Shown here in pieces: positions 1 through 10,237 of a stretch of DNA of 57,170 nucleotides. The stretch comes from Gnetum montanum (lineage: Eukaryota > Plantae > Gnetophyta): NCBI GenBank assembly GCA_015680685.1, contig MNCI01002621.1, forward strand, positions 258,795-315,964, given 5' to 3'. The position numbers were made by a program, and so were the translations under genes. The stretch's first letter is position 1. Each line of letters starts with the position of its first letter. The notes under the pieces were generated by a model that saw only the letters and a program-made list of their open reading frames with translations, had not been told where the DNA came from and did not search any database.

Positions 1-78
1 TTTCCCCTAATAATCTCGTACCTACCTGATATCATTGTAAGGAACTCGAGGACGAGTTTTTATTCAGTCACGATGGTA

Positions 79-1048
79 TGATAAGACGCGACATGCACTG
101 GGCCGCGATATCGCGTACGCGATATCNNNNNNNNNNNNNNNNNNNNNNNNNNNNNNNNNNNNNNNNNNNNNNNNNNNNNNNNNNNNNNNNNNNNNNNNNN
201 NNNNNNNNNNNNNNNNNNNNNNNNNNNNNNNNNNNNNNNNNNNNNNNNNNNNNNNNNNNNNNNNNNNNNNNNNNNNNNNNNNNNNNNNNNNNNNNNNNNN
301 NNNNNNNNNNNNNNNNNNNNNNNNNNNNNNNNNNNNNNNNNNNNNNNNNNNNNNNNNNNNNNNNNNNNNNNNNNNNNNNNNNNNNNNNNNNNNNNNNNNN
401 NNNNNNNNNNNNNNNNNNNNNNNNNNNNNNNNNNNNNNNNNNNNNNNNNNNNNNNNNNNNNNNNNNNNNNNNNNNNNNNNNNNNNNNNNNNNNNNNNNNN
501 NNNNNNNNNNNNNNNNNNNNNNNNNNNNNNNNNNNNNNNNNNNNNNNNNNNNNNNNNNNNNNNNNNNNNNNNNNNNNNNNNNNNNNNNNNNNNNNNNNNN
601 NNNNNNNNNNNNNNNNNNNNNNNNNNNNNNNNNNNNNNNNNNNNNNNNNNNNNNNNNNNNNNNNNNNNNNNNNNNNNNNNNNNNNNNNNNNNNNNNNNNN
701 NNNNNNNNNNNNNNNNNNNNNNNNNNNNNNNNNNNNNNNNNNNNNNNNNNNNNNNNNNNNNNNNNNNNNNNNNNNNNNNNNNNNNNNNNNNNNNNNNNNN
801 NNNNNNNNNNNNNNNNNNNNNNNNNNNNNNNNNNNNNNNNNNNNNNNNNNNNNNNCAAAAAAATCACATACCTCAGACTTGCTTAACCATACACCGTGAC
901 ACTTACAAGCAAGCCTGGGAAGACAACGAACGATTAACCCCAAGTGTTTCTTGTGGTGTTAAGGCATTTAGTCTGCGGAGTTCGACCGGATCGCGCGTGC
1001 ACGCTCATATTCGTATGGTTGAGTGTAGGGGTACCTCGCCACTCATCA
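79..1048 (+). mobile_element. 3' LTR of an Athila-like element (LTR subfamily B), spanning the gap and inserted into the 5' LTR of element A
   Basis: Starts TGATAAG at 79 after GAGGACGAGTTTTTATTCAGTCACGATGGTA, which matches the pre-LTR/PPT context at 8523-8553 and 12215-12248. Ends CTCATCA at 1048. The GATATCGCG repeats and 856-1048 match the solo LTR at 8978-9802. Confidence 0.75.
127..855. other. Assembly gap (729 N)
   Basis: Run of N; it lies inside an LTR (79-1048). Confidence 0.99.
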
Positions 1049-1145
1049 ATACCACAACTAGTCCCATCCACAAAATTCGACCAGATCGTGTGTGAACGCT
1101 TGTGATTTGTATGGTTGAGCGTAGGGGTACCTCATTGCTCATCAT

Positions 1146-1163
1146 TAGCACCATTTCCAGGGA
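1146..1163 (+). promoter_or_regulatory. Primer-binding site (tRNA-Asp type, decayed)
   Basis: TAGCACCATTTCCAGGGA versus the Athila PBS TGGCGCCGTTGCCGGGGA; differences are mainly G>A. The sister copy at 56330 reads TGGCGCTGTTGTAGGGGA. Confidence 0.75.
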
Positions 1164-1707
1164 TGGTGCTAGTTATCTAGATTAGTTATATTATACACGA
1201 TTGTTGTAAAGGTATTAATGATATATATTACAAAAACTCTTAACTCACACACACCATAAACCAACAATAATGTCTCTCTCACACGAAAATGACAATGCAT
1301 CGTATGGCGAACAAATTCCTTGGAGAAATAACGTGATATACAATGAAGAAAATTAGAGTGACCAACCTTATGCAGGGGTTTCTTATGATCATGACCACCC
1401 TGACGACACCCATAGACTATATTCACCTAAGGCAAACAATCTTAGAGGAGATGATGTAGGTCCTAGACTAGGGGAGGCCTCAAGGCCTAATACCTTCTCA
1501 AAACCTAGAAATGATAAATCAACGGACCCCTAAGAACACCATAGAAGCCATGGAAATTCTTCTAATTCCTCATCTTCCTCTTCCCCTTCAACGTTTAGCT
1601 CTGATGAAGATGAACGTAGGTATGAAGATGAAGTTCCACTACAGGTTCAAATTAAAAATTGGAATTGAACCCATGGGAAAGATCATAGACAACATCATCA
1701 CAAACAA

Positions 1708-2400
1708 ATGAACAGCGATAGGTATTTCCCTCACAGTTTGTTTAATAATGATGAATCCTTGTTGGCCACTAAGAGCCTAATGCATATCATAGAGGTCATT
1801 AAGATATCTTGTAGGCATCACAAAAAGAGTTATTTACCCAATCTTAACATGAATAATATTCCTAAATTTGCAAGAGGCTATGATTCAGATCCACAATATC
1901 ATTTACAAGCCTTCCATGATGCTTGCACTTTCTACAACATTGAAAGTGGATGGCAAAAGCTTAAGCTCTTTTCTAGGACACTAATTGATGAAGAAAAAGT
2001 GTGGTATATATCATTGAAACCAAATTCAATTTGACTATGGTCTACAATGATGGAACTATTCAACGAGAAATACCAAACCTACGCAAGAGTGTCCAATCTG
2101 AGGAGATAGATCCAAGAATGAAAACAAGAACAACATGAACCCTTCGACATGGCCTTATATAAATATTATGCTTTATTAAATAGATGCTCAGGCCATGGTT
2201 TCTTCGAGGAAAGGCAACTTTTCCACATCATAGATGGGCTTCATAATGAAATAAGGAAGAGCCTTGGGATGTATGCCCCAGGGCAATTATATGAGCTCCA
2301 AGCCCACCAGATCTAAGAGATAATCAAATGTGTGGCAAAAGAAGAAGGAGAGATATGCAAATGGGTGAATGTCAAGAAACATCAATGGGACTCAACTCTT
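1708..2400 (+). pseudogene. gag: Retrotransposon gag (Retrotrans_gag-like), disrupted
   Basis: PKFARGYDSDPQYHLQAFHDAC...KLKLFSRTLIDEEKVWYISLKPNSI is typical Athila/Gypsy gag. In-frame stops follow. Paralogous to 56467-57170. Confidence 0.85.
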
Positions 2401-4262
2401 CAATAGAAGGAGTTCCAGATCTATGGTAAGGAGAACGAAACTGCTCTCGATAAGGTGACCCTACAACAAACCTTGTTGATATAGGAGTCTATTGATGAAC
2501 TTGAAGCAAAGTTTAATAGGATGTCCAAATGGATATATGAACATGTTACAACTCTCATTAAGATAATTGAGGAGAGAATCATTCAAAATAAGCTAGGAAA
2601 TCACAACAAACAAAGGATACAGAACCAAGAAACAGTTAGGAACACTTTTTGGCAAATGGGAAAAATGGCTAAAGAAAATGAGGCTATAGACTCAACCATA
2701 GACGAAGATAATGGATGCGACATCTACATATATGATCATCCAAAGGGCTATTTCCCATTTTTGTTACATATACAAGAGTATTGGGCAAGTGCCTTAAATC
2801 TAAATTTTTTGCAAAAGCACATACCTAGGAGATTTCCTCTCCCACAAGGTAATTATAGACAGTCTCACAACCGACTATACCATCCTAATGGGGACTTATT
2901 ACCAACCTCAACATGGTCATCAACCACAATGGCAAAAACCACAATCATGGGAGAGGCCATAACCAAATTAGCCCTATCATCCCTATTCACCGAAATCACA
3001 CGGATATTACGTTCAACACCCTATATCTCTAACTAGTTCTACATCCTCTACTTCCAATTGCCACTACCACTCTCCCAAGTACCATCAACCCATGACATCC
3101 TCTGAGGGATCACCACCTTGCACCTCTTACCATCCATCCTACCCTTGATATTCTCATTCTCCACCTCATTATATGCCACCGCCAGTAACACAGGAAGGAT
3201 TGGCATCATAATATCAACAAACGAGTACCACTTGTGCTGCAAATGTGCATGGACATTCTGACACTAGTGGGTCCCAATCACAACGTCGGAGGCATCCCTT
3301 CTAGAGAAAAGGTTGTAAGCCAAAGCAAACCACACATGGACCCACCATATCATCTGAGCTAGCATAATGCCAATATGGTGCATCACCTTCCTTATCTTAA
3401 CCAATGTCTTTTGATCATACTACCATATCATGATCAAGGGTGCAATTGTGGGCTAGCCATCCATAATGTTAACACACCTCATACACTAACCCACCATACA
3501 TTTAACCATCAAGTGTGTGACCAACAATTTTTCTACCCAACCACCACACCGTCAATAGACACCCAATGGTTGGGGTATGGACACTTTCCAACATTTCATA
3601 CATGCATGGATCCTATTAGTCCACTTATTAATCCTTGTCACAACCAAATGTTTAGTCATGGGGGTTACCCCCATTCTAATCTTCAAGATTTTTAAGTGAT
3701 TTTCATCTTTTTATTTTACATTTTTTGTGTTACACGTTTTTACCATTTTCCTATTTCTTGATTCAAATTTTTTGTATTTCTTCCAACTTTTTCTAGTTGT
3801 TGTTTTCATTTTCTTTATTGAGTAATCTTGCTTGTGAATAAAATGATCATGTTGCCCATTGAGATGAGGTTTTCTCTATGTTGTCAAGTCATAAGGAACT
3901 AATTATTCAGACATTGAGACCATGACATCCATCCACCCATTCCATTAATAAGAGGTTTGTGATGTAGTCATAATGGTAATATTTTTTATCATCCAACCTA
4001 AAAATAACTTCATAATCATTTTGTCTAGAAAAAAGAGTGCAGAACCAAGGCAGAATGTAAAGGGTGTTACATCAAGGGGATTTGTGGATTCTTTTTGGCC
4101 ACTTCTGTATGTTCTATCATGTTGTTGAGGTTGTAACCATATCCTTGTAGATCTAATGAGAAATGGAAGTAAGAGTAACTTAACACGACACTGAATAAAC
4201 TTCTGTGAGTCCCATTGGAAAGACATGTACCCATGCTTGAAAGTTGGCGGCTTCTCAGAATT

Positions 4263-4264
<2 letters not shown>

Positions 4265-4296
<32 letters not shown>
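4265..4296. repeat. (AT)16 microsatellite
   Basis: Directly visible. Confidence 0.95.
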
Positions 4297-4298
<2 letters not shown>

Positions 4299-5620
4299 AG
4301 TTTGCCATAATAAGCTTCTTCCTTGGACAACATGCCAAGTGATGTTACTTCGCACGACTCTAATAGGCTTAGGGCTATCCGTCAATGTGATGAAATAATG
4401 CGATGTCACTGCAATGTGGTGTGGACTTGGTTTGAATCTTAGAAAGAAGGACACATGATTATTTAACCATTAATAACACACAAGGTTTTATTGTGTCCAT
4501 GGAATGACCTCATGTCCCAATTTCTGCAATCCCTTCTATTGTCCATCTCATCTTGTTGTCCAGATGATCATAACTTGTGATTTTATGTAACATAGAGTTA
4601 TTATCTCAAATTGGTGATTTTAACATGTGTGTTTTATTTCATAGGTATGTGTTGCATTCAACCCCTTTAGTTCCTACAGACATTTTTAGGTGTAACTTTT
4701 ATGATTCGTACTTGTTTGACCTAACCACATCATCTTTCACCTTTCAAGCGCTCAGTTGTTATATTTTATCATTTCTCTTATTACATAGTTGATTTGTCCA
4801 CAATCTCGATTTCAACGCCTTTTTCCTACTCATTCTAGTGCTTTTCACGTCGACACCTTCACCTTATCATACTTTCGGTGCCTCAAATCGATTTTTCACT
4901 TATCCTAGAATGGTGGACTTAACTTCAAACCTTCCACCTAATGATAGAGCTTTAGTTTGCATGTTCACCTACCCCATACAATGAAAATTTCTGGACCTCG
5001 ACGTTGCGTACCCAACATCGGGTCCAATGCGACATTGTGTACCCAACATCAGGTCTCATGAAACTATATATATATGACCCCTGCAATACTTGAAATTCAT
5101 TTTCATCATTTGCTACTAGGGGAGTTTAAATTTTCTCTTTCGACTCAAAGCTTTGCACTCATCTTCCACTTGCAATATTTAGCTCTCTACAGCTCTGATT
5201 TTTATGTTGTTTGAACCCATTTGAATCTAGAGTGTTCAACCTAGTCATGGGGGGGTGCTTGCATGTGAAACTTATGCCAAATTACTCAAATTTGCTATCA
5301 CCTAGAAGGTATCATAAAGGTAAGAACATTAAAAACTTTAGGAGTTATAATGAAAAATCACTCATGTTAATGCCAAAAATCCAATCTTTCCAACCCACAG
5401 GCCTATAACCAACATTATAAGCCACATATAAGGAAAAAGGAGCCAATTGCGATGGGTCATAAATAGAGATAGATATTTTTTGGGATTTTTGTTGAAAATA
5501 TTTCTAACTTTGTGATCATATGCATTATGAACTTAATGAACTAAGGTTACAAGTAAGGTATAAACCAATTTATGATAACACATATAACCTTAGTAACACT
5601 TGACCTTTGCTTGATTGCAG

Positions 5621-8362
5621 ATGGCCCCAAAAATAGGTTCTCAAGGTGAACCCTCGCAAAGAGCCACTAAGTGTCCATAAGGTGGCCATGGTCAGTAAGG
5701 TGAACATGTAAAACACGCAGAGCAAGAGGCAAAATCCTTCAGCATTTACCAAGAGGCTCCTGCTACTAGACAATTGGCCCAAGGGGAGGCTGTAGAACCA
5801 CAAGCTCCTAAGTACGCACAACATCTCATGTTGCCTCCCGATAGCCTTATTGCCACTTTAGAAAAGTCCACATTGGCTTTGGTCATTGTGGAAATGAACT
5901 TCGATCCATTCATGGAGTTTTCTCTAGAAGCGATTCAGACGCAACTCAAGGAATTCCCATTGTGGCCCATTTTATCAAAGAGTGAAAAATGGTACCTAGG
6001 TGAAACTTATCAGTTCTGGAACACTAAAGATGAGGGCACCACCATTAACAGCTATGGGGTGATCACCCCTTATTTAGTAAAAGCAATTGCTACAGCCCCC
6101 AACCTTCCAAATGAAGGGACTAAAGTTGCTCATCTGTCAACTAGATCAGACTTTGAGACTAAGATATTGTGGCTGAGATGGGTGTACAACAAGGAGGATA
6201 AAACATACAATGAAATGACTTTTGAGAAGAAAACATATTTCAAGATTAGGACTTACCACCTATTTCCCATAAAAAGGCTTAATCAAATTTCAACTTATGT
6301 GGCCAAGGGAAGTGCCATTTTAATGGGTAAATTTATGACCAGTCTTCCCTAGTTTTATTTTACTGAAATCCAACGGTGGTTTGAAGAAATGAAGTCAAGG
6401 AGACCAATACTTCCTTTCCCCTACTTAATTAGAAAGCTGTGTAAGCATGTTGGGATATTAGGATATACTAATGATATCCCTAGGAAGGCTTAGAACACCT
6501 CCTTTGCTAAACTCCTAAAACCTACCGCACCAAGAAGGGATCTTAGTGAAGAACAAGAAATAGGGAAGGAGGCAGAGCCACAAACTAGAATACAATGTGA
6601 GCCTGAGCAGTGCCCACAAGCACAAGCTCTGCCATTGCCACTGTCGCAAGACTATAGGCCCTCGATGAGCCACTTGTAGAAGATCATTGAAGTAGTCAAC
6701 TAGGAAAGCAAGGACGAGTCAAACCTTTTTCAAGTCATGGATGATGTTGTATAGTCCATAATGTTAACTGACCTAACATGGGTGGAAATCTCAATACAAT
6801 CATGAGGAGAAGGATCCCAATGATCATGACAAATCTCTAGGAACACTACATCTTTCCAAGTAATGGTGGAAATTGGAGAAGGTGCCATAGTTGTGGTATC
6901 ACAACATGAGGATGTAGCAGGTGCAACAGAGGTGATCACAGATCATATTAAAGAATCATTCAATGTGCCTATTGTGCCTTCGATAGATCTAACAGAAACT
7001 AGAGATGTGCAAGTATTGGCTAGGACTTTAATGACTCCTGCAGTGCAAGAGGATGTGCTTGATCGACTGCTACAAATGGGCTAAGTAATAACTACCTTGT
7101 TTAACATCCCCAGTAATGTCACTGTAGCCTAATATGATCTCATCACCATGAAAGGAAAGTTGGTCATGGTAGAAGTCAGGGTAGAGCATGTGGAAATATA
7201 AATACAAAGATTACAAGAAGAGCTAGCTACCCTAAGAGTCGAACGATGGGATCCCACCCATTTTGTTGCATTAGACCAACTTGAACAATTCAAAATGGAG
7301 CAGTTAACCAAGCTAACTAAGGAGAGAGCAACTGCTGAGCAAGAGAAAGAGAAGGTGATTTGGAATGCCTCTGCTACTGATGCACAATCTCATGCATACA
7401 AAAAGGCATTAACCATTGTACAGGAAGAGAATAACTAGCTCATTATAGAAAATTCCAGGTTGATTACTGTGGAGAAGCAAAAGAATATTCTAAAGGAAAG
7501 CATCCACCAATTAAGAGAACAACTGGTGAGAGTCAACCAAGACATGAATAAATTAGCTAGAGAGAATAGAACCCTCTCAATGAAGTAGGTTTGCACTATC
7601 CACCAGAAGTCAACAATTGAAATTAGTGCATGGCAAAATGAGGTCAAAAAGCATGGAAAAACTAAAAGAAAACTTCTATGACCAAGTTGGCATGTACAAG
7701 CAGATCAATGAGAAAGAAATCCAGATGGCCAAGGCCCACATCAGCTCCTTATCGGTGCAAAATCCTGAGTGGCAACCCATCTTGGATAGCTATGCCTTGG
7801 TCCATCAAGCAGAAGTCATGAATAAAGACCTACAGATAGAAGATTTGAAAGAATACATGGCATTGGCTAACCTTAGATATGCCAACCTTACCATGTTAAT
7901 AGCAAGTTGTCCTTGAAACGAGCTGGAAAAACAACTGGCAACCACCTATGTAGTATATGAGAAGGAGTTTGCAGATCAAAAGGATGCTTCATAGAAATTA
8001 CAGGTGGCAAACTCAAAATTAGAGTTGGTTAAAGCTAATTATCAAGGATAGAATGACATAGCCTCAAACCTAGCTCAAAGATTGACTGATTATCATGAAC
8101 TCAAAGATAAAGTTAGGGCCTTCGTGAAAGAATGACAACAATTCGGTGCTTGGTATGTAAAGGAAAATCAAATGTTCCCACAATTGCCATGTCCTTGGGC
8201 TATGCTATCCCCAGCACACATCAACACAGCAGCTTGGATGATCACAATACAAGGATAGAGGAGGAGAAGTTGCAAGCATTTCTCAATCGCTACAAATTTT
8301 AATGGCTTGGCAACAAAGGGAAGTAACCGATGGAAGAGCCACCACCTCCAGGCACCACATGA
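5621..8362 (+). pseudogene. Athila extra ('env-position') ORF: plant transposon protein (Transposase_32/PF20167-like) N-terminal domain plus long coiled coil, with multiple stops and frameshifts
   Basis: ATG GCC CCA AAA (MAPK) at 5621 is in frame with ORF 5774-6352. Contains FPLWPILSKSEKWYLGETYQFW and RPILPFPYLIRKLCKHVGI (cf. LPFPxLITxLCxxxGV). E/K/Q/L-rich heptad region ~7150-8130. Homologous copies at 10238-12047 and 49779-51100. Confidence 0.7.
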
Positions 8363-8553
8363 GCTTCCTAGTTTTATGATTTTCTTTGTAATGTGCTCCA
8401 TTTTTATATTACACCACTATAGCATGCAAGAGTCAATTATTTTGTTTATTGTTTAAGTCATTCAATAATCCCATACATTCCCAATATTTTATAAAGAAGT
8501 TGTTCCTCATTTTTTTTAACTCTAGGATGAGTTTTCATTCAATGGTGGGGATA

Positions 8554-10237
8554 TGATGAGTCATCATTTGTTGGGCCCCGACATCGAATACACAACATCA
8601 AAGCCAAGAAATGACATCGGATATCTGATGCCGCCTCTTCTAAGTTGGCCTATAAATATAGCACTTGGGCACCTAGTTGAGACAAGGAAAGGGTAGTAAT
8701 AGAAGATAGTTTTAGTTTTTAGTTTCTTCTCTTTAGAGTGTGTTATTCCCAATGCATGCCTATAGTGTGATGTCTGTAATTCTATGGCACATTTGTTCTA
8801 GTGTGACATACTTGGACACGTTACATGACTGGCAATAAAGATCGAGATTACTTTCATCATTACAACATCCACTTAGATTATTATTACTTTCAATTATTAA
8901 TTATTTACTACTTTCTTTAGTTAAATGTTTCCATTTATTGCTATTTGCTATTCATGTTATTAAGTGGAATGCATATGTAATGAGCCACGATATTGTGTAC
9001 GTGATATCGCGTCCGCGATATTTCATCGGCCCCTGCAATATCATGTACGTGATATTGTAGCCCGTCGCCAGTTCTATAAATAAGAGGCAGCTTTCCCTTG
9101 TTTCTCCATCTAGATCTAGACCCTTAGCTAAACTCTGGCAGTTTTACCATTCCATAGATAGAATAATTTCCTTGTGCCCGCAGTAGGACTCTCAAAGTGA
9201 ACGGATCTTTATTCGAGCAAATTGTACCTAAGCACACATTTGTGTACGGAAATAAAGACAAACTTTCTAATAAACCTTGCAGCATGTGGACTAAGCTAAA
9301 TAGGATTTAATTAATGTTAAATGCTTAAATGCTTTCTTAGATAATTAATCTCTCTCAACCCTTAACTCTCCTAGTTAAGTGCATTCAGTACGATCGCTTC
9401 GAGCACGTGTGTAATGCTTAGTAACCTAGTAATGGCTAGCGTTTGGTAATCCTAGTAGTGTTGCACTGGTTCAGGGTGTGTACGGCAAGTGGGAACAGAT
9501 ACTGGTGCTAGGACAATTAGAACTTAGTTAGTGAATAGTTAATATAAGTTAGTCACTTAGTCTCTTCATCCTCTCTCTCTTAGCATAGGCGTTAAAAAGA
9601 TAAAAGTTATAAAAATCATACACCTCAGGCTTACTTAACCATACAACTGTGACAATACAAGTAAGTCTGGGAAGACAACAATTGATTAACCTTAAGTGTT
9701 CCATTAGGGCACGTAAGCAATTAGTCCTTGGAGTTCGACCAGATCGTGCGTGAAACGCTCGTATTCGTATGGTTGAGTATAGGGATACCTCACCACTCAT
9801 CAGTATGCCTTAATCATGAGCATTTAAATATAGATACTTGGTAATCCAAAAGTGTATTGTTTGGCACACCCAATGACATACGCTTGACAATACCAAAAGT
9901 AGTCTCACAAAGTCCAAGATGTATACGAACAATTAGGGACGAATACCAATCACACATAGGCTAGTTAGATTTCACTTTTCATTGCCCATTAACTTAATTA
10001 ATTTACCTCTTTACCATCATTAAGAGTAGCATGGAATTAGATAGCATCATATGTCTCACTTTGGACTAAATCATACACAACAAAGGTACCACTAGTCCAA
10101 GTGGGAAGACAGTGAACTGCAATTAGAGCATAATGATCTAAATACCACAACTAGTCCCATCCACAAAATTAAATTGGATTGTGGGTGAACGTTTGTGATT
10201 CATATGGTTAAGTGTAGGGGTACCTCGTCGCTCATCA
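8554..10237 (+). repeat. 3' LTR of element A (interrupted by a solo LTR)
   Basis: TGATGAG...CTCATCA termini, TATAAAT at ~8651, AATAAA at ~8834. Colinear with LTRs 12249-13104 and 55486-56328 once 8978-9802 is removed. Confidence 0.85.
8978..9802 (+). mobile_element. Solo LTR (subfamily B) nested inside the 3' LTR of A
   Basis: TAATGAG...CTCATCA termini; 5-bp TSD ATATG (8973-8977) / GTATG (9803-9807). Host LTR resumes exactly as in the uninterrupted copy at ~55900. Confidence 0.85.

Larger units (their letters stand above)
1049..10237 (+). mobile_element. Athila-like Ty3/Gypsy element A: 5' LTR remnant 1049-1144, PBS, gag, no recognisable pol, extra ORF, PPT, 3' LTR 8554-10237
   Basis: 1049-1144 aligns with 10142-10237. 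A decayed tRNA-Asp PBS follows the LTR, then a gag homologous to 56467-57170. PPT AATGGTGGGGATA precedes TGATGAG at 8554; LTR ends CTCATCA at 10237. Confidence 0.85.

Noticed and set aside
64-943. Long ORFs of 267-291 aa
   Set aside because: They run through the N gap; artefacts.
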